DNA of 64,000 bases from NCBI GenBank assembly GCA_976551045.1, contig CDPCPM010000023.1, positions 4,216,001 to 4,280,000 of the forward strand, read 5' to 3'. Position numbers and translations under genes: made by a program. The notes under the pieces were generated by a model. The model had not been told where the DNA came from. It saw only the letters and a program-made list of their open reading frames with translations, and made no database searches. This DNA comes from Glaucostegus cemiculus (taxonomy: Eukaryota). Below, piece after piece: positions 41,011 through 54,550 of this stretch (within the stretch, counting starts at the first letter, position 1; each line of letters opens with the position of its first letter).

Positions 41011-41374
41011 TCAGTTTAGGGACTCATCAGTGTCTAATGTTTCTGAGAAAATCACCCCAAACGGTTAATCAGAATTGCCAGACTCAAGAAGAATGCAGAA
41101 GTTAATTTTGTTTAAATTTAATGGTATGATCTATTCAATTGGGGGAAGCACAGTACTTCTGTTGATACTTTTGCTAGCAGTTAATGAGTAAGAAAATAAT
41201 GGAAGAGAGTATTAAATCTTAAGCCAACCTCCCACTTCTTCTCTCACACGCTGTGTGGCTTTCCTTTCATGGATTTCTAGGGTTACTTTCATACAGGATA
41301 CAAGGTGTGAAATTTCAAGGGCTATCATCTGCCTTAGATCTTTTCCAGCTGGTATGAGCTGATAGGCTGCATAC

Positions 41375-41930
41375 ACAGCACATAATTAGGAGGGTAAGTG
41401 GAATGTTGACATTTACTTAGGGGTTGGGGCTGATCACTAGAAGAAAGAAGTCTTGCTGCACTGTATAGAGTTTGGTAAGACCACACTCATACATAGTTTT
41501 GGTCTCCTTATTTAAGGAAGGATATATTTGCCTCGAAGATGGTACAGCAGAGGTCTTCTAGATTGAGTGGAATGGCCCTTTACTCTCTCATTAAGAGAGA
41601 CACATCTCATTGAAACATACAAAATTCCGAAGGTGCATGACAGAGCATATGGTCTGAGCATGTTTTCCCTTGTAGGAGAGTTTGGAACAAAGAAGCACAT
41701 TTAAGCCTGAGCTGAGGAGGATTTTCTTCTTTCAGAAGTAGTGAATCCCTGGAATTATGTATACCAGAGGACTCTGAGTGCAATCATTTAGTTTATACTG
41801 CCTGAAATAGGCTTTTGGAATCCAGGGTTAGAGGGGTTGAGTAGGAAAGTGACAAAGCCAAATATCAGTTCAGCCATCTTCTGCCTGAATTCTGGAGCAT
41901 TCTGCTGCTCCTGTTTCTGAGGTTTTTATA
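41375..41930 (+). mobile_element. Decayed CR1 3' fragment
   Basis: ttggtaagaccacac..tttggtctccttatttaaggaaggatat, homologous to 40445-40510. Confidence 0.7.
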
Positions 41931-43594
41931 ATAAGAGTATAAAAAGTTGGCAATTACCAATCGAACTTAAGGGCCAAATTACACCATGTAACTCTAGAAA
42001 GAAGTGTTACATTTATGTACCGCATTGATTCTCAGGGATTTCAAAACAGTCCAAATGTTTGACAAGCATTGAAGTAGATTTAAAGTTTAATGCCAATTGC
42101 TATATAGATGTTCTTTACTTCTCAATCTTTATTCATATCTTCATATTTGTTCAGTACATGATGCTTTCAGGTTTTTTTGCATTTGATTTGCTTTACATTT
42201 GTACGTTATGGTTGTATTTGTTTCACATAAAGCATGATGTCGAAAGGAATAATACAGGAATAATGATGGACAGAAAATTTACACAGTTGAGAAAACTTAT
42301 GCTGATTAATCATCCTTAAACATGTATCATAAAATCTTCCCTGCAGCAACTCATGGTCGGTTGATTAATGTATTGTTTTCTAAGGACGTGTATTATACAA
42401 TCAAACACACAATGTATTGTTTTTCCAGTGGAAGGTGTGTTCTTTTAAGTATACAAATTAATAGTTATTAAGTGAACAGATGCTCAATGCATTCAGAATT
42501 TGATGTCTAGTCAAATGTTCTTTACAGATTGCAATGTCATTCTGAGGATCAAAAGCTTCTAGACTGGTTTGCCTCTGTTACAAAAGGTGAAATCTCAAGT
42601 CTGGTATCTGAATGGCACAAATACACAATAAATCACAAATATTGATAGATTACGATAGCCTTTCAAAGGAGATAAATTTCATACATTTCCTGTTTATCCT
42701 TAAAAACAGAATATCAGCAGAAATCAGTTGTTAAGACAAACCTTGAAGCTTTTCTGAATTGATTTCTGGGGAGATAAGAGCTGTCCTACACTGATTGCAG
42801 GACTGCAGAACAATTAGTGTATTTGGTCACTGAGTAGCCTAATCATCAGCCTTCAGAGTTCAGTAGCTGGCTCGTGGAATAAACTGAAAACACAACTGTG
42901 ATACAGATTTTAGAGGGACCAGACTTCTGATGCCAGTTCCAACATTCCCTCTCCCTCGCAAATGCCTCTTCCCCCTAAAGTGATGATTCGGCTCAAGTCT
43001 CTCAGCGTTACCATTGGTTAAATCATCCAATTGCTGTGCTCAACAAACAGATTAAATGCACAATTTTTGTAAAACTGGCCTGATTAGTCTTTGAAGTTTA
43101 AGAGTTTATTGTAATTATTCTGAGTAATCAAGAAGTTTGTGGTAATTGAGGGCCCTTTCTGAGAGAGAATAGCTTAGTTCTGTGTCCTGATTCAGCACAA
43201 AGAGCTTTTCACATCTTGAGTCAGTTGCAAAGCCTCATTAGTCAGTAACCACCAGTGTCTGTCCAGCTGCAAATTTGGTGCAAACTTTACCTGCAAATAA
43301 GGTAGAATTCCAGATCCATTAACTTTCCAGTGAGGTATATTTTAGTGTGTGAGGTAATTGGAACCCTGATCCACAGAATTTTCTAAAGGCTGACTCAGAA
43401 ATGGAATCCATCTGTGGGGCATGATTATTTATGCTCATTACATTTCAGGTTGTTTCAATTTCTGCGCATTAAAATTCTAATCATGATTAACAATATCCCT
43501 CAATTCACCACCTTCAGTATATGTTCACCGTCTATAATATACCCTTGCAGATGTGCAGTGCAGAAAACAGATAGTGGTCTCACAGGAGCAACAG

Positions 43595-44150
43595 GTGGTA
43601 TTGGTTCATTATTGTAACTTGTACCAAGGTACAGTGAAGAACTTGTCTTGCATACTGATCATACAGGTCAATTCATTACCCAGTGCAGTTACATTGAGTA
43701 AGTACAGAGTGCATTGAGGTGGTACAGGTAAAAACAATAACAGTACAGATTAAAGTGTCACAGCTGCACAGAAAGTGCAGTGCAATAAGGAGCACTGTCA
43801 CAACAAGGTAGATTGTGAGGTCAGAGTCCATCTCATCGTATAAGAGAACCATTCTATAGTCTTATCACAGTTGGTTAGAAGCTGTCCCTAGGCCTGGAGG
43901 TATGTGCCCACAGGCTCCTGTATCTTCTACCTGATGGAAGAGGAGAGAAGAGAGAATGACCTGAGTGGACACAGTCTTTGACTATTCTGGCTGCTTCACC
44001 AAGGCAGCAAGAGGTAAAGTCCAAGGAGGGAAGGCTGGTTTCCGTGACGCGCTGGGCTGTCTCTACAACTTTCTGCAGTTTCTTGGGGTTCTGGGCAGAG
44101 CAGTTGCCATACCAAGCTGTGATGCATCCAGATAGGATGCTTTCTATGGT
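43595..44150 (-). mobile_element. Rex1/Babar-type LINE 3' fragment
   Basis: Colinear similarity to 5590-6120. Confidence 0.85.
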
Positions 44151-44449
44151 GAAAGGTAGCTTCCAAGACTTTAGTATGGGCTTTAGTTATTAGAAAACCC
44201 ATAAAGAAGAATGAAAGCAAACATCATTTACCTGGAAATAGTTTGTTACAAAGTAACTACATTGTATTTTGATGTATGGTATCCTACCCAACACCAACAT
44301 CCGCTCTCCTCTTTTCCTATCCTCTCTCCAGGATACTAATACTTCATGTGTATGGGTTTCCATTACTACAACTGCTCTTTAACATCCTGTCCAATATCTT
44401 TTAATTTTGAGGAAGACAGTGAGTATGATACTCTGAAGTGCACAAATAC

Positions 44450-45140
44450 ATAATATAAGAATTTGGAACAGTCTTAGGAATCTGGCCCTTAAAACCTACT
44501 TTGCCATTCATCAAAATCATGGCTGATCTCAGCAATATTTTCTATTATCCATTGATTCCATAATTATTCACAAATCAATCCATCTCTGTTCTGAGTGAAC
44601 ACAAGGACTAAACTCCAAAGCTTTTCAGGGTAGGGAACTCCAAAGATTCACCACCCTCTGATTGAACATCTTTCTCCTCATCTTAATCCAAAATGACTTA
44701 CCCATTATTTTATTTTAAGACTGTGACCGCTGGTTCTACACTCCTCAGCCAGGGGAGACATACTCCATGCATTCACTGTGTATAGCCCTGTGAGAATTTT
44801 GTATGTCTCAATGATCACTTTTGATCCTTCTAAACTCGAGAGAATACAGGCATAGTGTAATTATTCTCTCTTTGGACAGCAAAACTACTATTCAAGAAAC
44901 AAGATAATGAATCTTTATTGCACTCCCTCCATGACGTTTATCTTTTTTTAAATAAGGAGACCTTATCTGCAAAATACTCAAGGTATGGTATCACAAAGGC
45001 CCTTTACAATTGGAGAATGACATCTATACTCACATCTTCTCATAATAAAGGCCAATGTACTACTTGCCTTCCTGATTACTTTGTGCACTGCATGCTAGTT
45101 CTCAATGACGAGCGCAAGAGCACCCAGTTCTTTTGAGCAT
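44450..45140 (-). mobile_element. Decayed CR1 3' fragment
   Basis: Reverse-complement CR1 motifs (gaactccaaagattcaccaccctctg; aaatactcaaggtatggt). Confidence 0.65.
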
Positions 45141-46129
45141 CAAGTCACTAATATTGGTAGATTGCAGCTTTTTTTAGAATGAGGTAACTAATATCCACCT
45201 ACCTCCTGTTAACGCTGAAAAATGGGAGAATGACAGAAAACTCATTGTTTGAAAAAACTGCCGAGGCTGTCGAAGAGGTGGGAGCTCAAGTCCATATAAT
45301 CTGTTAATCAGCGTGTGCCCAGAATAGTCATCTTGAATAAAAAACCTGGTGAATTTGTCCAATCATATTAATCCTCTGAGAAACACCTACAAAGTTTTAA
45401 TGCAGGACTGGTTCACATCTGTTCTTCCCTCAACTGTTTTGTTGTAATAGTCAATAGCCTTAAACTAGTGATTGTATTGAGAAGGATTTAACTGTTCTTT
45501 TATGATGTGTGAAGCCTCTAATTGTGTGCAACATGGGAACAAGCAAGTTTCAAAGACATTTTGCATGAATGAATCACTAGTTGAAATATCACTTGATGCC
45601 ACCTCCTTATGATGTATTTTTTTTCAAATTTAACATTTTCACCATTTTTCCCTTGTCAACTGATCCCACAACCTTATTGCTAGAGTAAATTTCATCAGCC
45701 ACATCAGTTTCAAGTGTGTATTATTTATCTGTAAGGCAAGGTTGTCACAGTGGCATCAGTCCTAAGGCAGTCCCCTAATACAGTCCTCACCTGAAGGACC
45801 ACAGACTCAACAAACAAAAAACTTCAGCTGCTGGGAACAGGAAATACTCAGTTCACACAGGTGAGGCCAGTCATTATCTGTGGGGATAGGAACCTTTGTT
45901 AATGTTTCAGATCTGTTTTAGTGATCTGTTTTATACCTCTGTTTTAATTCAAACCCTTAAGAGGAATGTCCTTCTGAAAGATTAGTTAATGTCTCCACTT
46001 TGAAATGCAAAATTACTGTGCATAGAAAAGTTGGATAGGACTTTTGGAAAGAGTTCTGAAAAGTATTTTAAAGCCTTCTGTGTCTTACCTTTCTCTACAT
46101 CCCACCACATTCTTTATGGAAATCTGCCA

Positions 46130-46775
46130 CCAGGAGGTCAGAATAATAGGAAAGCTGATATGTCAGTCAACTCTCTCTCCAAAGTCCTTTAATTAGTCTC
46201 CTGATCTTTGACTCCCACTGTCATTGCAAAAACTACTGTTCCATCCCCAGCCTCCTTTTTCTCTCTGAAGCTCTTGAATGCGTGCGGACCCTATTTTTTC
46301 TTGAAATCCACGTTTGAGTCTCTGAATCAGGTCCCTATCACTGTCATTTTACCTAAGCAACTCTGATCAAAGTCTTAATTCACATTTTATGCAATGATAT
46401 CAAGGAAATCTAACCCTTTATGACATGCTTGCAGCTTTGGTTGACCTCACCATCCTGCTCCAAAGCATTTCCCAACACCATCCAGCTAGCTACAGGCATC
46501 TGGTTCCATTGTTACATAGTTGGTGAATCATTAGCAATGGCTTCCTTTCCACACTGCTGCATTGTTACCTCTGATATTCCATTTGGATCAATTTATTCTT
46601 GGATATCTCATATTTCTTATCTTCCTGCTGCCCCTCAGCCACATTGAAAGACACAGTGGTAGTTTCCATCAGTACATTGATGACAGACAGTTTCACCTCT
46701 CTGTCATCTTTCATGATTTCACCATTGTTCGTAAATTGTTAGTGTGTTTATCTAACATCCACTATTGGATGAAAA
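46130..46775 (+). mobile_element. L2 LINE RT remnant
   Basis: Degenerate AAF..VD.TILL, WF..Y and FHQYIDDRQ (YADDTQ-like) motifs. Confidence 0.55.
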
Positions 46776-47405
46776 TAGAAAAAAAAACTACTGATGCTGA
46801 AAATCTGAAATAAAAACAGAAAATGCTGGAAACACTCCAGTCATTGACAATAATATATGTGACAAAAGTAAACCAATTCCAATTCCATTCTTTTAAAAAA
46901 GCCTCATTAGGCAGAATATAAAAGCAGGGGTAGATTGCATAAATCAGGAAGTAATACCATGTTATATTTAAATTGTCTGGACATTTTTTTAGAAAAATAT
47001 AAGCAAGAAATTGAAAAGATGGGTTTGAGTAAATTGGGCTAAAAGCTATAAAGGAGGAATTGCTCATCACATGACCGGCTTTCTCTTGGATCTTTTTTTG
47101 GACGTGAAGAGCATACAATATTGCAAACTATATGCTGGTCTTGTATAGGTGTGCTTCGTAAAAAAAAGTTTTGAGGGAAATCAAATATCAGCGAGAAAGA
47201 GCTCCTAGAATATATATTACAATCTGACGTAAAATCAGAGGAAGTTGCGAAGTCAACAGTGTGAATAAATAAGTAAAAATTAGAGATAAACATTATAAGT
47301 AGGACTGGACCATGTTGGTTAGATTTACAAGACAAAAAAAGAGACCTATAGCCCAGAAAGTCATTAATATTGCAGAAGTCTTTGTTAGCCATGTGTAGGG
47401 TATCA

Positions 47406-48808
47406 TTCAACTGGATGTTGTCCCCTTGTTCAAAAAGGGTAGTAGGGATAAGTCTGGAAACAACAGGCCAGTGAGCCTTCCATCAATTGTAGGGAAGCTG
47501 TTGGAGTAGACTCTGAGGGGGAGGATTTATATTCACTTAGAAAGGTTGGGACTGATTAGGAGGAGTCGGCATGGTTTTATGAAGGTGAGATCATGTTTCA
47601 CAAATCTATGTTTTTTGAGGAAGTAAACAAAAAAATTGATGAAAGAAGAGTGGTAGACATGGTTTACATGAACTTCAGTAAGGCTTTTGACAAGGTTCCA
47701 CACAGTAGGCTGATACAGAAAATTAAAGCACCAGGGATTCAAGGCATGTTGGCAAACTGGATTCAATATTTGCTGGGTGATAGGAGGCAAAGGGTAGTGG
47801 TGGATAGGTGGTATTCTGACTGTAACAAGTGGTGTATTGTATTGATTTATATATTGGGACCTACGTTGTTTACAATATATAAATGACTTGAATGAGAATG
47901 TTGGGGGTATGATTAGTAAGTTTACAGATGACACAAAAATAGGTGGAGTCATTGATAGCAAAGAAGATTGTCTAAGGATACATTGTGATATTGATCATTT
48001 GCAAAGTTGGGTGGAGCAGTGTCAAATAGAATTTACTCCAGACAAGTGCGAGCTAATTCACTTTCCTAAATCAAATTCTGGTAGGACATATGGAGTAAAT
48101 GGCAGGGACATTGGGGTGCAAGTCCATAGCTTCCCGAGAGTGGTAACACAGGTGGATAGGGTAATGAAAAGGGCATTTGATACGCTGGCTTCTTAGGCTG
48201 AGACTTTGAGCACAAGAGTCAAGATGTTATGTTGCATTTGTACAAACCATTGGTTAGACCACACTTAATTTTTGTTGCAGTTCTGGTCACCACACTACAG
48301 GAAAGATGTGGTGGCTATAGAGAGAGAGAGCAGAAGAGATTCACCAGGATGTTGCCTGGAATGGAAGGTTTACTTATAAGGAGAGATTGGATAGGCTGGG
48401 TTTATTTTTCACTGGAAAATAGGAGACTGAGGAGTGACCTTATTGGGGTTTGTAAAATTATGAGGGGCGTAGATGTGGTAGGGAGTCAGAAACTCTTTTC
48501 CCATGGATGGGGAGTCTAAAACTAGAGGGCACAGGTTTAAGGTGAGAAGGGAGGAAGTTAAGGGAGGTCTGAGGGGTACGTTTTTCACACAGAGAATGGT
48601 GAATATCTGGAATGAGTTGCCAGAGGAGGTAGAGGAGGCAGATACAATTACCACATTTAAAAGGTGTTTGGACTGGTACTTGGAGAGCAAAGGTGTAGAG
48701 GAATCCAGGTGTAATGGAGGCAAATGGATCTGTGTAGATAGGCATCATAGTTAGCAATGATGAGCTGGGCCGCAAGGGCCATTTCTGTGCCATGTGATTC
48801 CATGATTG
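47406..48808 (+). mobile_element. CR1 LINE, 5'-truncated
   Basis: [26 protein letters not shown] and FFTQRMVNIWNELP motifs. Confidence 0.93.
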
Positions 48809-49695
48809 TATGTATTTTTATGCATTGGTCAATTGAATTGTAAAATCAATTGCTAAAACCCATTGGGACCTTATAGCTCATATGTTGTGATTTTCAGTTG
48901 CTTACTCCTCTGCACAGAATGAATATAGAGCATGCACGAATGATGTCAATCCATCTGCAATGCCCAAATGACACCTCCCGGTGAAACTGTGGGAGCTGTT
49001 ACATGTAACATTCAGTCTGAACCACCTTCAGAAAGTGAGTCTTGTGTGGGGAAAAATGCTCCAGTTGTGCTTTTTCAAAGGATCATTAATTACCTGCCTG
49101 TTTTTTGGAGTTTGAGTTCAAGGAGAGCTTAACGTATTGAACAGGACTGAGGAATGAAGCTGGGCATCCTGGGATGAGCTTTGATAAATTTAGAGGCCAA
49201 TACTGTCTTTCTTTGCAGTATTTATGAGAGCATTAGAGTTATCCTGTGCTAACAGAAGGGGAGAGGAGGTGAGGAGGGCCTATGTGCTAAGAATCTTACG
49301 GGAGCCTTCTCCATTTTCAATTATCTGAGGAGCATTGTGGCCTGTCACCTGACAGATCTGTCACCTGACAGCGTCTGGATCATTATAGGTGACACCAACT
49401 GTTATACGTCACATATCACAGTCTGTAGCTTATTGCTTCACACAGAATATTGCAAATGTTCTATACTCAGAGAGGGGAATTTATTTACTTAAATTAAGAA
49501 CAGCTGGCACTGTGGGTATGTGGATTTGCAAAGATTGTACATTGAACTTGTATGGTACCCTGGGCTCTCCATGTGAATCTGGAGCTCTTGAAGAACTGCA
49601 AAGGCTATTATACACTGAAAATCCAGATTATGTATGACCACTAACAAATAATTCTGGCAAATGCATACATCTGGGAAATTCATATGAGTTGAAAA

Positions 49696-51150
49696 TCAAT
49701 AAACTGCAGATGCTGGAAATCTGAAAGAAAAGCAGAAATCTCTGCAAATATTCAATATGCCCGTGGAGGGGGAAACAGGTTTATTGTTTCAGGTCAATGA
49801 TTTTTCATCAAAACTGGAAAAGTGAGAAAGTAAACATGTTTTAAATTCACAGAGGGGGGAGCAGTGGAGAGAACAAAGAGAATGACTTATGATACAGATG
49901 TGGGTCATTCAGATGACATCTTCCAAGCTGTTCAATTAGTAGATAAATGAGGACAGGTAGAGAGAGAATAAAAAAAGGGAGCATGGTGGAACTGTGAGAG
50001 GCAGAAGCTGCTAGAAGTCTGCAACAAAAGAGAATGCTGGAAATACCAAGCATATCAGGCAGCATCTCTGGAGACAGAAAAACTGAGTTAAAGTGGTTAA
50101 TCTTACATTAGTACTGGGCAGGAAAAGCTGGTTATCTAAAATGGTTGAATTCAGTGGCGTTCCAACAGGTGCCGTGTACCCAGATGAAAGATGAGGTGTT
50201 ATACCTCCAGCTTAACTTGGACTTTGTTGGACTGTAACAGTGTTGTTTCCTCTATAAAGTAGAATTCAGAAATGTTATTACTTCTGCTGTCAATTTCCAT
50301 CCTGCTCTCACTTTCACATGATCCATCTTTGATCTGTCCTACTTTTAAATGTAACATGCCGCATCTGAGGAAGGAGAAGCAGATTTAATGTTTCAGGCCT
50401 AAGTCCCTTCATTCGAATTGAGAAAGAGAAAAACCAAGTTAGCGCTAAGCTGCAGAGAGGGTGGGGAAGGAAGTCCAGGACAAAAGGATTATATCTGATA
50501 GGGTGAAGATGACGTTACTCTGGGGATATTATATAAATGAGATCATCTGGTGAATGGGTTAATCAGATTAGTTCAGGAGGGAAAACATGGTCTTTTGTTT
50601 ATAAAAGCTATGAAATGAGGGCAGTGAAAGGGAAGAACTCAGGCAAAGGAAGGTAAGAGTTGCAAAATACAGCTCTGCAGGACAGTCCCTATGGGTCAGT
50701 TTGTGCTGATGGAGAAACAGAAAATGAGCCAATATCGCAGATGGATGAACTGGGCTAATCTGATACAAACAAAGCAAGTTACCTGTAGCTATAAAATTTA
50801 ATACTGTGTCCAAGAGAGTGCAATGTGCCCAGACAGGCTGTTTCTCTCATGTTTACTTTAGGCTTTGTTATAACAGTGCATGAGGCCCACACAGATAGAC
50901 TGGAAGTTGGATGGAGAATTAAAGTGATAGGCAACAGGAAGCTCGGGGTCACCCCTGTGCTGAATAAATGTCGCACAAAGCAATCATTCAAACTGTGTTT
51001 GGTTTCTCCCATGTACAGGAGGCCACAATGTGAACACTGAATGCAGTACTCCAGTTTGGAAGAAGGGTAAGATCATTTATCTTAACTCAGCTCTTTTTTC
51101 TCCACACCTGTTGTTTGATCTGCTGAGTATTTACAGCATTTTCTGTTCCT
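49696..51150 (-). mobile_element. Cluster of Penelope-like fragments
   Basis: Repeated gcagatgctggaaat/cagcatct termini and a reverse GIY-YIG remnant (ggtttctcccatgtacaggagg). Confidence 0.6.
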
Positions 51151-53899
51151 ATGAGTGTTCAGCCTGATTTACTCTGCTTTGCCTGCTGTATTTCAGCTGA
51201 GATGAATAAATGGATGGTTCTCTATGCTTGGCTCCTTTGCTAGTCACAGGGTCCCGATTGTGGAGAGCACAACTTTAACTGCAGCCGTTGAGTCACATGG
51301 AGGCCTTGCAAAATGTAACTGGTCAAGCTAGGATTACTTTTGGACAGCCCAGGGAATGCACTACTTGCTCCAGAGACAGTATAATGCTCTGTACTTAAGG
51401 GCTATATTCTGTACATCATGAAGAGTTGAACATTCCCCACTGCACACCAGCTGGAGAGAGAGTGGAAGAGGAGGAAGGTGGCAGATGGTGAGAAGGTAAA
51501 GCTTTCTCAGGATATATTGTCAGAGAATGCTTAGAATGCCCAATTCATGTGAGGATCCCATTCCACAGGGTCAAGGCACAAACAGGGAGGCAACAAGACA
51601 GTGGCTTAACTTGGACTTGGTCAAATAGCAAGTTACCATTTATGCCACGCTTGTACCTGGCAATGATCATTTGCATTAAGCTGAAGCCTCACCATTTCCC
51701 CTTAATGTCAAATGCATTACCACTGCTCAACCTGTAAAGCAAATCCCAGTGAATCATAATTGACCACAAGATTAGTTTAACCAGGAACTTCGATACTGTG
51801 ATGCAATAATATGTCAAAGGCTGCATAAACTGCAGCTCAGGACTCCATTCCTTACTTAGCAAAACCATTCCGTCATGTGCAAGACTCAAGTCAGGTTGCA
51901 GGAGAAATTCTAGAACTACTCAAAAATGAATGAACTCAACAGCTATTGGTTGCTTCATATGTTAACATAGCTTAGAAATTTTGTCAGTTTATGTTAACAT
52001 TTGAGCAGTTTCTGGAAGTGCATTTGGTTAAGTGCAAAATTTTATGCATTGCGCATGACATAATATTACCAGAGCTATTACTCTCTTGCCAGGACATTCA
52101 TGGGTTAAGCTTATATGAATATTTAGGACTGGCAAGCATAAAGCTGGACATAGGACTTTGTACTGAAAGATTACTTTTTCATAGATTAGTTATCTTCTAT
52201 CTTTTTCTTTGTTCACAAAATTGTGAAAAGTTTTGGTTCTACCTGCAATGTGCTCTCATGTTTGTTGAATTGGTGGATTTCAAAGTGATTCCTTCTCTCT
52301 TGAATCACACATGTAATGGAAGGGGACATCCAGCCTTGCTATTAAGTTGATTATGTGGCATTTCAGAGTTTTGGTTTCACTGGAATATAGTAGTTGGAGG
52401 CCTTATTAACCAATGACAATTTATTGTTGTCCATCCCTTCCAAGTATTGGGTGGTATTCATTTGATTGGACTAAGTCTTTGGCAGAATATGAAGTTAAAA
52501 ACTATTTAGAATTGGTCAAGAGAAATTAAAATTGTTTTAATAACAGGAAAGCTTTGGAAATATTAAAAAATACTGCATATGTTGAAAATCTGAAATAAAA
52601 ACACAAAACATAGTAAAACTCAGCAGGTCAAACAGCTTATGTGGGAAGAGAAACAGTATTAATGTATCAGGTTGAAAACCCTCATCAAAGGTTTGGAGGT
52701 TCCATTTGAGATAAATGATGCTGAAAATGTTTACAGATGAGGAAATATAATTAGTTTAAGTTTAGAGATGATAGCTACTGTTTAGGCTTAGAGGAGATAA
52801 TCAAGTAATGGGGGACAAATTCAACATGTTAACCTAAGTGAAAGTGGAAGAGCAATTGTATCACTGGTGCTCATGAGACTAAAGGGAAAGACAGAAAGGC
52901 TGAAATCAGGATGGAGTTTAATATTGGAATTGCACTGGCACTGGGTTTACAAACTGAGAACCAGCATTGAGGGTGGGGAATGAGGCATGTATTAGGGGAA
53001 GGTATTGGGCTGTGTTCAGGTCGAAATTGAGGGCTGCAATGAGGAGAGTGATGAGGAACTGAGATCAAGAGTAAAGGTAAGGATCATGGATGGAATCTGA
53101 TTGGATTAATTTTACTACTACTGTAGACAGATTGCTTATATACTTGATGGCTGAGGAATACATAGACACCTCCCAAATGAAAATCTGAGATGCTGATACT
53201 GTGCATGAAAGAAAAATGTCAGCTTCTATTGATGGCAAGGACTCATCACCGTCTTCATCTTGAAGGTATAAACCACTCGCTGACAGAGACCATCTTGAGG
53301 TGTTGGCTGGAGATCTCTTTGTAGTTACAGACTGTTCGACCCAAGATAAAGGTAGACTTTCCATCTGAGGTCAGACGTTTCTTTGATTTGGGATGCGGAG
53401 CTTCCTAGTGTGGGATGGGAAGGTCTGAGTTTAATTACAGAATTGAGGACAAAGTCCCAGAAGGTCGTTAAGATACAATACCCAATTAGAAGGCAGAGGC
53501 ACCCACTTTGGGCAGTGACCCCACATGAGTATTGAGGGAGCATCAACATGAATACATCGATGTCCCTTGTGTAATAGAAGCAATAATCAGAATTCCACCT
53601 TAAGGTGGGGTACAAGGCAGCCTCTTCACCACTCTCCCCTGCACATATGGGAACAATACGGGACAGATTCCCTTCCCATTATGGGGAAACAGATTTCTCC
53701 CTGTGCATGAACTGGGATCTCCATCTCCGAATTGTGGGTCAGGGATCTTCATCCCATTTTCCCTTCTGTGGGACGCATCTCTTGTACCCACCATCACCAC
53801 CCTCCTCCCGTGACTGCTGAGTGTGGGGACAGGGATCGCCACCTCTCCTGCACACCTCTCCCTTCGTCATATATGGAAACAGGGATTTCCCTTTCATCC

Positions 53900-54172
53900 C
53901 ACCTTTTCAGCACGCCTGATCCCCTTCTCCCCACCGCCGGGATCTCCTCCCTCTTCTGTCATTGGAGGCTGGGTCTGGGATAGTGTTCCGCTCCCAATCC
54001 AACCCTCACTTGCCACTTTCTCTGTCCAGATCATTGCAGTGTCCTGGAGTTGTGCGGGGAGAAGCGAAGTGCTGCCGCCCAGGGGAAGCCAATCATCGGC
54101 GGACGGCAGAGCATTAGTTGGAGCCGGAGCTTCACCGAACGCTCGTCGCTCGCTTCCTTGCACGACTTGGCT
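53900..54172 (+). promoter_or_regulatory. CpG-island-like TATA-less promoter and 5'UTR of a second gene
   Basis: Abrupt rise in CpG density (about 53900-54980) in an otherwise CpG-poor window; CCAAT at 53994 and 54089 (agCCAATc), ATTGG at 53961, GC box CCGCCC at 54075; strong splice donor downstream. Confidence 0.7.
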
Positions 54173-54285
54173 ATGAGTGGGCTGAAGACGCTGTGTGTGC
54201 TGCTATGTGTGCTGAGAGTAGATGGCAGGGGCTATCCGGGCAGGAAGCGAGGAGTTCCGAAACACTACAGCACCGCCATGCAGCG
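54173..54285 (+). CDS. First coding exon of an unidentified gene (MSGLKTLCVLLCVLRVDGRGYPGRKRGVPKHYSTAMQR; start codon and frame uncertain)
   Basis: ATG in the CpG island, signal-peptide-like hydrophobic stretch, in-frame accgccATG at 54278, donor cg|gtaagc at 54286. Confidence 0.55.
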
Positions 54286-54527
54286 GTAAGCGAACCAGCC
54301 CACCTCGCTAACTTTCACTCATTATTAAATAATTGTAAGTGGCAGTAATAAGGTAATGGGACTGCAGCCAGCTGCCTTCCGACGTTTGGCCATTTTTACT
54401 GAGAATTCGCTTAACTCAGCAATGGTTTCAGTGATTTTCTCTGAAGCCAATGAAATAAACCAAGTGGAGCCCTAATGTTGTTAACCTGCTGACATCGGCC
54501 AAGCTCTTCTTGCCATTTTTGTTCTAG

Positions 54528-54550
54528 GTTTACAACTGGTGCTGAAAGAG
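54528..54550 (+). CDS. Candidate 23-nt micro-exon 2 of the unidentified gene
   Basis: Branch-like ctgac at 54489, pyrimidine tract ending ttgttctag|, donor gag|gtatgt; open in the exon-1 frame (RFTTGAER). Confidence 0.45.

Noticed and set aside
51690-51870. Unique stretch with homeobox-like motifs resembling a conserved non-coding element
   Set aside because: Conservation cannot be assessed from one sequence, and the motifs are short and common.
54253-54277. Peptide VPKHYSTA resembles SPTY2D1 VPKRYSLA, and SPTY2D1 is a human neighbour of IGSF22
   Set aside because: The conserved MDF..IL..AS start and the following VGPPKKDP are absent, so I treat the match as coincidence.
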